Assembly (NCBI GenBank): GCA_963812015.1 | Contig: CAWETI010000003.1 | Location: 832,001-896,000 of the forward strand | Reading direction: 5' to 3' | DNA: 64,000 nt | Origin: an uncultured delta proteobacterium | GTDB lineage: Bacteria; Desulfobacterota; Desulfobaccia; Desulfobaccales; 0-14-0-80-60-11 | Shown here: in pieces, positions 20,968 through 30,896 of the stretch | How positions within the stretch are numbered: position 1 is the stretch's first letter | How the letters are laid out: every line of letters starts with the position of its first letter | Notes under the pieces: model-generated | Seen by the model: the letters and a program-made list of their open reading frames with translations, nothing else | The model's database searches: none | Told to the model about the DNA's origin: nothing | Made by a program: the position numbers and the translations under genes

Positions 20968-22677
20968 ATGATGCCCAATGAAACTGAAGATTTTAAATAC
21001 TATCTCACGGTTCTCAAAAGCCGTAAAAGTTACTTCATCGTTCCGGCCGTGGTGGTCATGGTGGTGGCTCTTTTGATCGCTCGGCTGCTACCGTCCATTT
21101 ATGAATCGACTTCCACCATCTTAATCGAGGAGCAGCAGATCCCCGAGGAATTTGTCAAATCTACGGTCACCGGCTTTGCGGATCAGCGTATCAAGACTTT
21201 AACTCAACTGATCCTCTCCCGGGTCAAGCTCGGGGAAATTATCCAGCAATTCAACCTCTACCCCGAACTCCAGGGAAAACTGACCCGGGAAGATATCGCC
21301 GAGATGATGCGGAAGGACATCAGGCTGGATACCATCAGCGCCGAGGTGACCCCGGAGCAACAGATAAAGCGCAAAAGTAGTGAGCCAGAGGTGACCATCG
21401 CCTTTTCCATCGCCTATCGCGGCAAAAATCCGGAGACGGTGCAGAAGGTGGCAGGCACCTTGGCCTCCCTTTATTTAGAACAGAATCTCAAGACCCGGGA
21501 AGCCCAGGCCCATTCCACCACTGTATTTTTGGAAGCGGAATTAAAGGAATTGCAGGACCGAGTTAAAGTCCTGGGAGATAAGATCACCGCCTTCAAAGAG
21601 ACGCATGAGGGGTTGCTCCCAGAACAACAGGAGTTTCACCGGCAGCAAACGGCCGGCCTGGAGATAGACCTCAAACAACTGGATGCGTCCATCCGGAGCG
21701 CGGCTGATCGCAAAAACTATATCGAGGGGCAACTGGCCAGTGTTAAGCCAGATAGCCCCCTCATTGGCACCACCGGCGAGCGGGTTATGGCACCGAGAGA
21801 CCGGCTCAAGGCCCTGGAAGTGCAACTGGCCGACCTCCAGTCCAAGTTTTCCGAAGAGCACCCGGATGTCCGCAAGGCCCGTCGGGAGATCGCCGAACTC
21901 AAGAAATTGGGGGGGCAAACTGGTGGCGACGCCGCCCTCCGCCGGCAAAAGCTCACCCAGCTTCAGGCGGAATTAGCCGAACAAAAGGGGAAATATTCCG
22001 ACCAGCACCCGGAAATTAAAAAGCTGAAAGCCGAGATCGTCCGCATGGAGGAAACCCCGGCAGCGGCAAGCCCCACTAGGCCGGTCACGGAACCGGAAAA
22101 TCCGGCGTACATCAGTCTCACCAGCCAAATCAAGGGCGCGGAGACGGAAATCGCCTCCCTCCGGACTCAGCAGGCCGGTTTGCGCGAGAAACTGCAGTTG
22201 TATAGAAAGCGCCTGGAAGAGGCTCCCAAGGTGGAGCAGGTTTACCTGGGGTTGATGCGGGATTATCAGAACGCCTCCACCAAGCAGCAGGAGGTCATGA
22301 ACAAGATCCTGGAGGCCCGCATCTCCGAAGGCATGGAAAAACATCAAAGAGGGGATAAGTTCACCCTCATCGAGCCCGCCAGTTTTCCCGAAAAACCGGT
22401 GTCCCCCAAACGGCGTTTAATCCTGCTGGCCGGGTTGATCATGAGCCTGGGGGCGGGTTTTGGGATGGTGGCTCTGGCGGAGCATTTGGACCACTCGGTG
22501 AAAACAAGTGACGAACTGGCCCGACTCACGGGCCTGCCGGTCCTGGGCTCCATCAGGCTAATTCAGACCAGGGAAGATATTCTCCAGGCCCAATGGAGAC
22601 GGCGCTTGCCCTGGGTGGTAATGGCCAAGTTCCTGGTCAGGTCCGATAAAACACCTGAGCCGCGAGTTAAGCCGTGA
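20968..22677 (+). CDS. Polysaccharide co-polymerase (Wzc/GumC N-terminal part)
   Basis: TM-LPSIYESTSTILIE, long coiled coil with duplicated HPD/HPE repeats, P-rich PEKPVSP-TM. Confidence 0.9.
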   Translation: MMPNETEDFKYYLTVLKSRKSYFIVPAVVVMVVALLIARLLPSIYESTSTILIEEQQIPEEFVKSTVTGFADQRIKTLTQLILSRVKLGEIIQQFNLYPELQGKLTREDIAEMMRKDIRLDTISAEVTPEQQIKRKSSEPEVTIAFSIAYRGKNPETVQKVAGTLASLYLEQNLKTREAQAHSTTVFLEAELKELQDRVKVLGDKITAFKETHEGLLPEQQEFHRQQTAGLEIDLKQLDASIRSAADRKNYIEGQLASVKPDSPLIGTTGERVMAPRDRLKALEVQLADLQSKFSEEHPDVRKARREIAELKKLGGQTGGDAALRRQKLTQLQAELAEQKGKYSDQHPEIKKLKAEIVRMEETPAAASPTRPVTEPENPAYISLTSQIKGAETEIASLRTQQAGLREKLQLYRKRLEEAPKVEQVYLGLMRDYQNASTKQQEVMNKILEARISEGMEKHQRGDKFTLIEPASFPEKPVSPKRRLILLAGLIMSLGAGFGMVALAEHLDHSVKTSDELARLTGLPVLGSIRLIQTREDILQAQWRRRLPWVVMAKFLVRSDKTPEPRVKP

Positions 22678-22727
22678 ACCCGGCTGATGCTTGATTTAAC
22701 CAATTATCCCAAAAGGACGCCAACCTA

Positions 22728-23627
22728 TTGAGTTTCATCACTAAAGCCATAGCAAAAGCCAAAGCCGCGAGGCCGCCCAAGGTGCAGCCGGCCTCCTCTC
22801 CCCGTTCAACCCCATTCCAGGAGCCGGAGGTGGAGGTGACGACTGGCTTTGTGGAGACTCCCGGGGAGATCCACTACACCCACACTCGCACGGTGGCGGT
22901 AGATATGGAGAAGCTTCGTCGACAGCGCTTGATGGTGGCCGGCAGTGATGAGAGCCTGGGGGAAGCCTATAAGCTGCTCCGGACCCAAGTTTTGTCCCGC
23001 ACCAAGCCCGAGGGCCGGAACACCTTGATGGTTACCGGCCCCCTGCCCAACGAAGGCAAAACCCTCACCAGCATCAATCTGGCCATCGCCATTTCCAAGA
23101 AAATCGGTCAGACGGTGCTCTTGGTAGATGGGGACCTGCGCATCCCCTCCATCCACCGCTGCCTGGATCTGCCCGCGGGACCGGGGCTGGTGGATTATTT
23201 AACCTCGGGCTATCCAATTGCCGACTCCCTGGTGCACCCCGAGGGTCTGGCCAATCTGGTGGTGCTTCCCGCGGGCAACATCACCAGGCAATCCCACGAA
23301 CTCCTCAGTTCCCCAGTCATGGTGGATCTGGTGCGGGAATTGAAGCATTTTTATCCCGACCGTTACGTGCTCTTTGATTTGCCCCCCTTAGTCTATGCAG
23401 ACCCCCTGGCCTTTGCCCCCCTGATGGACGGCATTATTCTGGTAGCCGCGGCCGGCAGCACCCCTAAGGAGGAAATCACCCGGTCTTTAGCGATGCTCAA
23501 AGAGTTTCCGGTTCTGGGGTTTGTGCTGAATAAGGTAGACTCCACGGTATCGTCAAGATATTATTATGAGAAGTATTATCCGGAGCGAGACTCTGAGCGT
23601 AAATTTAAACTGCCCTGGCGCAAGTAA
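22728..23627 (+). CDS. BY-kinase (CpsD/CapB-type tyrosine kinase)
   Basis: EAYKLLRT, PNEGKT, LVDGDLRIP, FDLPP, C-terminal YYYEKYY. Confidence 0.9.
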   Translation: MSFITKAIAKAKAARPPKVQPASSPRSTPFQEPEVEVTTGFVETPGEIHYTHTRTVAVDMEKLRRQRLMVAGSDESLGEAYKLLRTQVLSRTKPEGRNTLMVTGPLPNEGKTLTSINLAIAISKKIGQTVLLVDGDLRIPSIHRCLDLPAGPGLVDYLTSGYPIADSLVHPEGLANLVVLPAGNITRQSHELLSSPVMVDLVRELKHFYPDRYVLFDLPPLVYADPLAFAPLMDGIILVAAAGSTPKEEITRSLAMLKEFPVLGFVLNKVDSTVSSRYYYEKYYPERDSERKFKLPWRK

Positions 23628-23630
23628 GCT

Positions 23631-24770
23631 ATGTACGAAGATTTTTACGGGCTAAAAGAACGCCCCTTTACCCTGGTGCCAGACCCGGATTATTTGTTTC
23701 TGGCATCCCAGCACAAGTTGGCCCGGGCCTACCTGGAATACGGCATCAAAGAGCGGGTGGGGTTTGTGGTGCTCACCGGAGAGGTAGGTACCGGCAAGAC
23801 CACTTTGATAAAATGTCTCTTACGAGAAAAAGAAGCCACCCAGCGTCTGGGCGTCCTCTATCAGACTTCCGTGGAAGCTGAAGATCTCCTGGATCTGCTG
23901 CTCAAAGAATTTCAAATTCGTGGCCATTTTGGTGGCAGTCGGGCGGCCCGTCTCGGGGCGTTTAATCAGTTCCTGATATCGGCCTATGGCCGGGGCGAAC
24001 ACGTGGTGCTGGTGGTGGATGAGGCCCAGAACCTGGGCCCCAAAGCCTTGGAGGAATTGCGGTTGTTATCCAACCTCCAAACCGATAAGGAACCGCTCTT
24101 ACAGGTAATCTTGGTAGGGCAACCCGGACTGAGGGCGCGGTTGCGGCACCCGGCCCTCCGGCAATTGGCCCAGCGGGTAACTATACACTACCATTTAAGA
24201 CCCCTGGACCATGATGAAACCAAGGAATATATACGTTTCCGCCTGGCCCGGGCCGGCGGCAGCGGGATTTTTACCACCTCGGCTTTAGATAAACTCTATG
24301 AATATACCCAGGGGGTTCCCCGGCGGATAAATGCCTGGTGTGACTTGGCCCTGGTGGCTGGCTTCGCTGAGGGCCGGTATGAGATAGACGCAGAATTTAT
24401 CGATCTCGTCATTGCGGCCCAAGGGGGGAGCTTGGAAGGCGTCGAGGGTGAAGAGTCCTCAATTTCTGAAGACCAGGGGCCCTTGCCGGATTCCTTGGGC
24501 AGCCGCCTTCAAACCTCTGACAACGGCCTGGAGGTAGCGTTGCAAGAGTTGTCGGCTAGATTGACCCGGTTGGAGGGAATAGTGCTGGAAATGACCAGCC
24601 AATTGGTTCCAGTCCTGGCGAATTACCTATCAAAACAGTCAGTTGAATCAGCGAGCCCATCAGTATGCCTTCCTATCCCGGACACTTCCATTAGGGTAGA
24701 CTCACCCGACTTGGAGAATCCGCCACGCCCGCAGAAAAGTCGCTGGTCCAGATTTTGGAATCATGGCTAA
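23631..24770 (+). CDS. ExeA-like AAA ATPase (PEP-CTERM/EPS-associated)
   Basis: YEDFYGLKERPF, GEVGTGKTT, VVDEAQNL, LVGQPGL. Confidence 0.85.
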   Translation: MYEDFYGLKERPFTLVPDPDYLFLASQHKLARAYLEYGIKERVGFVVLTGEVGTGKTTLIKCLLREKEATQRLGVLYQTSVEAEDLLDLLLKEFQIRGHFGGSRAARLGAFNQFLISAYGRGEHVVLVVDEAQNLGPKALEELRLLSNLQTDKEPLLQVILVGQPGLRARLRHPALRQLAQRVTIHYHLRPLDHDETKEYIRFRLARAGGSGIFTTSALDKLYEYTQGVPRRINAWCDLALVAGFAEGRYEIDAEFIDLVIAAQGGSLEGVEGEESSISEDQGPLPDSLGSRLQTSDNGLEVALQELSARLTRLEGIVLEMTSQLVPVLANYLSKQSVESASPSVCLPIPDTSIRVDSPDLENPPRPQKSRWSRFWNHG

Positions 24771-24989
24771 CCTGTGGGACCGCATTCTAGGCCAAATGAA
24801 AGACTGTATTGATGAAATTTATGGTCGCCATGAATAAATTATAAGGTTATCCGGCTTCCTTCTATTATTATCGCCCTCTGGCAGCTTGGTGGGGCGCCTG
24901 CCAGCCAATATCGGATGATTAAGTCCAATAAAGAGGTGTTAATACCATGGTCTGAACTTCAAGAATAACTCACGACTGATAACGGTCAT

Positions 24990-25325
24990 ATTCAGCATCG
25001 CCCTGGTAGTCGCTCTATTTTGGGCCTACTGGCCGGTATTAAATAATTTGACAAGTGCGCTTCTAAGGGATGAGGATAACTCCTTCGGGCTGTTACTGCC
25101 TGTAGTGGGTGGCTACAGCGTCTATCTTAAATGGCCGCAAATTAATCGTACATCAGGGCAACCGACCTGGATGGGGTTATTTGTTATAACCATAGAAATG
25201 CTCCTTTATATTTTCGGTGAATTGTCCACCGATATTTATACCCCTGCCTAATCCTTTGTGGTGTCGCTCGGCGGCATAGTGTTTCTGTTAGGGGGCCGGA
25301 AACTCGTCCGTCTCTTAGGGTTTAT
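24990..25325 (+). pseudogene. Exosortase (EpsH/XrtA-type) N-terminal fragment
   Basis: WAYWPVL..L...L.DEDNSFGLLLP...YLKW...IYTPA*SFVVSLGGIVFLLGG; in-frame stop, catalytic part absent. Confidence 0.65.
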
Positions 25326-25486
25326 AGTCCCCGTGCTCCCCCAGTTCATCAAAAAGTAATTATAGATACCGTTAGCTTTAACGTTATGTAGGTGCGAGGT
25401 TTGCAGTATTTGTCAAATTCGGAAAAAGGAAGCAGAAATGCTAAGCACTCTATGAACTATTGGAAAATGTTGAGGGCCCTGACTAT

Positions 25487-27268
25487 ATGAAAGGTTTGGT
25501 GACATTACTACGGATTAAGCTATTATTGATAGTTGTCCTATGCTGTTTGGAGTGCACGGTTTATGGAAGTGAGCTACGCACGCAGGTCCTTTCTCCGATG
25601 CAGCGGGTTTTCTACTCTACGCCGGTGGTTGAAGAAAACGATCAGAAGATCGAACTGTGGGCCGCGCGGAATGAAGATGAATCTACCCAAGTAGCTTTAT
25701 TTTCAGAGCAAGCGATAACAGTCGAAAAAGTCGAAGCTACTGATTTACTCAATGGGGCAAGCGGCAAAGTTTTAGCAGCGAGCAATTTTTCTTACCGTTT
25801 CCCGGCATATGTTTTCGTGGAAAAACACACTGGGCAGACCCCTGATTCGGAGTTGGATGGGAAGGCACCTGGGTGGTTTCCGGATCCTTTCGAGGAAGGT
25901 CAGAGACTATCTTTTAGCGGTACCCGCTCCTTGTACGGCACCTGGTATGTGCCACCGGACACGCCACCAGGGAACTATAGGGGTGCACTGGTAATCTACC
26001 ACAGTTCCGGCAGGCGCCGATTGCCGGTGCTGTTGCAGGTGTGGAATTTCACCCTGCCCACAAGACCTTCTCTATATGTCACCAACTGGTTGTATATTTC
26101 AGCAATTGAATCTAATTATCAGGTTAAACGGGGAACCGGAGAGTTTTGGCGGGTTATTGAAAAGATTGCTCAGGACATGGCGGCGCACCGGCAGAGCGTC
26201 ATATATACGCAGCTTAATCTGATCCGTTCCACGCAAATGCCGGACGGCAGCTACAATTTTGATTTCCGCGATTATGAGCACTGGGTGAATATCTTTCTAA
26301 GCCAGGGCTTTCAGGCGTTTGAGGGGTCGCACCTTTTCCCTGGAATTGTGGATTCATTCAATATTCAGCGTTTCATTGGATCTGGAACAGTCGAATTCGG
26401 TGAAACACAACTCGCAACTCCGGAGGGCCAGCAGTATCTGATAAAACTATTGCAGGCTTTGCACCGCGAAAACCAGAAACTGGGCATACAAGACAAATAC
26501 TTGCAACACATTCGCGATGAGGCAGGTGCTAAAGATATACCGCTTTATCGCCAGATTGCCGCCATAGTCCGAACCACCATGCCGGGAATTCCCATTATTG
26601 ACGCCACGGAACTCCCGGCAGACAAACGTTCAGGCATGATGGATATTCCGGTCACAAAGCTGGGAAAGCCGCTCAGCAACCCAAACGAAGAGGGGATGGG
26701 AGGTGCAGATAGGAAGTGGGGCAAGTGGTGGTATACCTCGAATAACGTTACGGGTCGGTTTCTCAATCGTTTCATCGATTATCCTTTAGTGAAAATGCGC
26801 CTGATTCCCTGGTTATCGTGGCGCACCGGCATGTCCGGCTATTTGCATTATGGTTATAATTGTTGGGATGGCCCGGAAAAATCGCCTTGGGAGCATGTCG
26901 GTCGGGGCGGCAATAATCCGCCGGGGGACCCATTTGTGGTCTACCCGCCTCGCGCCAACCGAACCGGCGGCCCCGTCTCCTCGCTGCGCTGGGAAGCCTT
27001 CCGCGACGGGATGCAGGATTATGAGTATTTGAATTTGCTGGAGCGATGGGTGAAACAACTGCCACAGATTAAAGCGAAGGGTGATAATGCTTTATGCAAA
27101 GGGGTACGAGAACAGGCGGAAAAGGTACTTCAAGAAATCAGAACAGTCATGGCAAGTCCGGAAGAATATTTCAGAGACCCACGGGCAGTGGAAAGTCTGA
27201 GGAGACGCATAGGAGAAGTGCTCGATAAGATAGCCAGTTGCATGGGCGGCGACATGTCAAGGCCATGA
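25487..27268 (+). CDS. DUF4091 / GH123-like glycoside hydrolase
   Basis: AARNE, PDP, VPPDTPPGNYRG, LQVWNFTLP, DE dyad, GYLHYG, GDPFVVYP, SSLRWEAFRDGMQDYEY. Confidence 0.75.
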   Translation: MKGLVTLLRIKLLLIVVLCCLECTVYGSELRTQVLSPMQRVFYSTPVVEENDQKIELWAARNEDESTQVALFSEQAITVEKVEATDLLNGASGKVLAASNFSYRFPAYVFVEKHTGQTPDSELDGKAPGWFPDPFEEGQRLSFSGTRSLYGTWYVPPDTPPGNYRGALVIYHSSGRRRLPVLLQVWNFTLPTRPSLYVTNWLYISAIESNYQVKRGTGEFWRVIEKIAQDMAAHRQSVIYTQLNLIRSTQMPDGSYNFDFRDYEHWVNIFLSQGFQAFEGSHLFPGIVDSFNIQRFIGSGTVEFGETQLATPEGQQYLIKLLQALHRENQKLGIQDKYLQHIRDEAGAKDIPLYRQIAAIVRTTMPGIPIIDATELPADKRSGMMDIPVTKLGKPLSNPNEEGMGGADRKWGKWWYTSNNVTGRFLNRFIDYPLVKMRLIPWLSWRTGMSGYLHYGYNCWDGPEKSPWEHVGRGGNNPPGDPFVVYPPRANRTGGPVSSLRWEAFRDGMQDYEYLNLLERWVKQLPQIKAKGDNALCKGVREQAEKVLQEIRTVMASPEEYFRDPRAVESLRRRIGEVLDKIASCMGGDMSRP

Positions 27269-28677
27269 GCGAAGCCCGACGTGTTGGCCTAAACACCATC
27301 TTCAATACCATCGGCGGGGTATCGGTCCAGTTATTAACTCTCGTCACCGGTGTTTTCGTGGCCCGCCATTTTGGCGCGGAGAGTTTCGGACAGCTCACCC
27401 TGGCGGCTACGATCACGGGGTATTTTACCCTGGTGACCGAATTTGGCCTGTCGACTATAGCCATCCAGGTGGTGGCGCGCACCGATGAGCCGGAGCGCTA
27501 CATCTGTTCTTATCTGGTTGCCAGACTTTGTCTGTCTCTGCTGGCACTGATCGTACTGGCCGGGATCATGCTCATGGTTCCATTTCCCCGTGATATCATC
27601 TGGCTCTTATTGGCTTATGCCGCCACGATTCCCTTGCAGATACTGAAACTGAACTGGGTGTTTTATGCCCGGCAGCAGATGGGTCAAGATAATGTGCTTC
27701 AGGTCACCGAAAAGGTGGCCTATGCGATCTGCCTGTTCGGCCTGGTGTTTGTGGTCAAATGGATAATTATAGTGCCGGTGGCCATGGTCCTCAGCACCTT
27801 ATTCGTGGGGGCCTTGGGCTGGGCCATGTTTCTACGCCAGGCTGAACAGCCAGTGGTCTGGAGACTGGACCGCGGTTTCATTCGGGAAATTATCACCCAA
27901 GGCTGGCCGGTGGGGGTGGGGGGGGCGGCGCTGCGAGTAAACACCAATGCGGATTCTCTGTTTGTCAACGCCTATCACGGCGACCTGCAAACGGGTCTCT
28001 ATGGTGCGGCCTACCGGCTGATCAACGCCATGATCACGGCAGGGACGTTTTTTACCAATGCAGTCTTCCCATTATGCTGCAAGCGCTACCATGAATCGGT
28101 CCCAGCGCTGGCTGATTTCATTGGCTATGCCTCGAAGCTGCTGCTGCTGGTCACGGTGCCGGGCGTCATGCTGTTGAGCGTGATGAGCGAGGAAATCATA
28201 GGACTGGTCTTCGGCCCAGGCTATGCCGAGGCGGCGCTGCCCTTTCGCCTGCTGGTCTGGGCCGCGGGCCTGGCCATCATTTGCCGGCTCTACCATAACA
28301 CCCTGGTGGCCTGCGACCGCCAGCAGAGCTACATGAAAATCATCCTGTCCTCGGCGGTCTTCAATATCATCTGTAATTTCCTGCTGATTCCCCCTTATGG
28401 CATGGTGGGGGCGGCCGTGGCCACTGTCCTGACAGAGCTGCTATTTCTGGTGCTGGCCTATGCTGTCCTGTCCCGAGTTTTCCATTTCCGGATATGGTCC
28501 ACCATCGGCTCTGTAGGCGGATGTGCCGGGTTAGCGTCAGCCGCTTTCCTACTACCCCTGCCCCTGTTCACCAAGCCGCCCCTGTTCCTGGCGGCGTACC
28601 TCCTCGCCATCTTCGTCTTCCGGGTGTGGGGAGCGCGGGAATGGCAGTTAGTACAGGTCATGTTGGGGAAGGCCTGA
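27265..28677 (+). CDS. wzx: Wzx-type flippase
   Basis: ARHFGAESFG, GLYGAAYRL, LIPPYGMVGAAVAT; many TM segments. Confidence 0.88.
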   Translation: MSEARRVGLNTIFNTIGGVSVQLLTLVTGVFVARHFGAESFGQLTLAATITGYFTLVTEFGLSTIAIQVVARTDEPERYICSYLVARLCLSLLALIVLAGIMLMVPFPRDIIWLLLAYAATIPLQILKLNWVFYARQQMGQDNVLQVTEKVAYAICLFGLVFVVKWIIIVPVAMVLSTLFVGALGWAMFLRQAEQPVVWRLDRGFIREIITQGWPVGVGGAALRVNTNADSLFVNAYHGDLQTGLYGAAYRLINAMITAGTFFTNAVFPLCCKRYHESVPALADFIGYASKLLLLVTVPGVMLLSVMSEEIIGLVFGPGYAEAALPFRLLVWAAGLAIICRLYHNTLVACDRQQSYMKIILSSAVFNIICNFLLIPPYGMVGAAVATVLTELLFLVLAYAVLSRVFHFRIWSTIGSVGGCAGLASAAFLLPLPLFTKPPLFLAAYLLAIFVFRVWGAREWQLVQVMLGKA

Positions 28678-28799
28678 TCAGGGTATAATCTTACAAGAAG
28701 AGAGATGGTTTAGAGGATTGGACTTGCAAAAAAGGTCACAAATACCATTATGGAACAATAGCAAAGTGAAACTGCCGCATAATCTCTCGGAGAAGAATA

Positions 28800-29651
28800 A
28801 TGAAAAAAGATTATAAGAATATTTATAGCAACAGACTTCTTTCTGCAGGCTATCCAGACTTAGAAAAGCTGGCGGTTGAGTACAAGACCGCAGAGGGGTC
28901 ACATTCTGGGGCCGCAGAGGAATCGCATGTTAATATTAACCAGCTAATGCGATGCCTCGAAAAATTGGTAGATATTTCCCAAGGTTTACGAACAGTTCTC
29001 GTCATCGGCTGCGGTCCGATTCCTTGGACAATTAAGACAATGCTTGATCGTGGTTATGAGGTAGTGGGCATAGAACCCGTGGCGATGAGTGCTGCCGCGG
29101 CCAGAGAGTTTCTCGGTGATCCATCCCGTATTTGTCAAGCCGGTGCGGAATCCCTACCCTTCGATTCCGGATCGCAAAGATTTGTCTTGATGGAAGGCGT
29201 ACTGGAACATGTTGATTCACCAATCCTGAGCCTATCAGAAGCATATCGAGTGTTGACGCCCGGGGGGGTGCTGTATGTGGGCACTACCAATAAGCTGCAA
29301 TTCTCCATAACCGGCAGAAGCTGGGAATATAACGTCAAGTTTTACAACTGGCTCCCCGATCTTGTTAAGGAATGTTATATACATCAACATTTACATTATG
29401 ATCCAACCCTGGCCAATTACTCCGTAAGGCCAGCAGTCCACTGGTTTACATTTGCCGGTTTGTGTAAACTTGGCAGACAGGTAGGATTTGCAAAATTCTA
29501 TTCTAGAATTGACCTAATTGATGCATCCAGTAGGAGCAAGAGCGCAATAAAACGATGGATCTTCGATAAGGCTAAATACAATCCATGGCTCAGGGCAATG
29601 GCTTTGACGCAAATCGAAGGCATCATATTCATGGTGAAGAGAGCGGAATAA
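28800..29651 (+). CDS. Class I SAM-dependent methyltransferase
   Basis: VLVIGCGP, AESLPFDSGS, VLEHV, RVLTPGG. Confidence 0.85.
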   Translation: MKKDYKNIYSNRLLSAGYPDLEKLAVEYKTAEGSHSGAAEESHVNINQLMRCLEKLVDISQGLRTVLVIGCGPIPWTIKTMLDRGYEVVGIEPVAMSAAAAREFLGDPSRICQAGAESLPFDSGSQRFVLMEGVLEHVDSPILSLSEAYRVLTPGGVLYVGTTNKLQFSITGRSWEYNVKFYNWLPDLVKECYIHQHLHYDPTLANYSVRPAVHWFTFAGLCKLGRQVGFAKFYSRIDLIDASSRSKSAIKRWIFDKAKYNPWLRAMALTQIEGIIFMVKRAE

Positions 29652-29747
29652 TTTTTTCCCCCTCGTCTTCCAGGTGTGGGGAAGGCGCGAATGGCAATTA
29701 GTGCGGGTCATGAGAGGAAAGGCTTGCTTTGCCATGATGAGTCAGCG

Positions 29748-30896
29748 ATGCAGGAAATAGCTAAAACCGTTATTCAAGTTTACGGGGGATCGCCGAAAAA
29801 GCGCGGCTCCCTGGAAGAGTATTTTTTTTGGCTGACCCGTCGTCTCCGTGACCGCGGCTGGCGGTCGTTGTTCTGCTATGATCTTCTGCCTACCGGGGAA
29901 CTGTTCAATGCTTTCACGGATAGTGGCGCAGAGTTTCAGGTCATACGCACCACCAGATCGCGCCTGGACTTTCCTTTAATCAGGGATTTTCTGGGCCTAT
30001 TTCGACGAGAGCGGCCGGCGGTAGTGAACGTACACTTCGGCGCCCCTGGCATTAACGCCCTGATTGCAGCCCGGCTGGCCGGAATCAAGAAACGGGTCTG
30101 GACCAAACATTCCTTAGACGCCGTTTCCTACCGGGGGGACCTGCCCGGGTACAAACGGCTGCTGCATACCATCAACTACGAGGCGCTCTGGGCCACCGAC
30201 ATCGTCGCGGTTTCCCGGGCCGTGCAAAATGAGCTTGCTAACCATTTTATCACCGCCAAGGTGCAGCAAGTCTACCTCGGCATCGATCGGCGGCGTTTTG
30301 CCTCGGGCCGGGATGATCCCGGCAAACGCCGGGATCTCGGAGTCCCGACAGGCCGGCCCGTGGTGGCCTGTATCAGCCAGGCCAGACCGGAAAAGGGGGT
30401 CGAGTTCCTGGTGCGAGCCCTGGCCAAGTTAAAGGATGAGCCTTACTGCCCTTATGTTTTGATCGTCGGCGGCGGCCCCCTCACCGGAGAACTGGAGAAG
30501 CTGGCTGAGGCTCTGGGGGTCTTATCCCTCCTTAATTTCTGCGGCGTGCGCAATGACGTGGAAGACCTCCTGGCCATGGCTAACTTCACGGTGCTCCCCT
30601 CCCTCGAAGAGGCGGCTGGGCTGGCACTCCTAGAGTCATTGGCAGCCGGCAGACCGGTCATCGCCTCCCGGGTCGGCGGCGTTCCGGAATTTATTCACGA
30701 CGGCGTAAACGGTGTCCTGGTTGAGCCGGGTGACGCGGCCGGATTGGCGGTGGCTATGGCCGGCCTGTGCACCAACCCGAAACGGCTGTCCCACCTGAGT
30801 GGCCGCGCCACCACCAGCGCGGCGCAATACGATATAACCCGGGGCGTGGAAAAAACTATGGCCCTCTATCTTGGAGAAAGCAATAGTGGTAATTAA
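29748..30896 (+). CDS. Glycosyltransferase family 4
   Basis: PEKG, PSLEEAAGLALLESLAAGRPVIAS; track start 29676 lies inside a duplicated wzx tail. Confidence 0.88.
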   Translation: MQEIAKTVIQVYGGSPKKRGSLEEYFFWLTRRLRDRGWRSLFCYDLLPTGELFNAFTDSGAEFQVIRTTRSRLDFPLIRDFLGLFRRERPAVVNVHFGAPGINALIAARLAGIKKRVWTKHSLDAVSYRGDLPGYKRLLHTINYEALWATDIVAVSRAVQNELANHFITAKVQQVYLGIDRRRFASGRDDPGKRRDLGVPTGRPVVACISQARPEKGVEFLVRALAKLKDEPYCPYVLIVGGGPLTGELEKLAEALGVLSLLNFCGVRNDVEDLLAMANFTVLPSLEEAAGLALLESLAAGRPVIASRVGGVPEFIHDGVNGVLVEPGDAAGLAVAMAGLCTNPKRLSHLSGRATTSAAQYDITRGVEKTMALYLGESNSGN

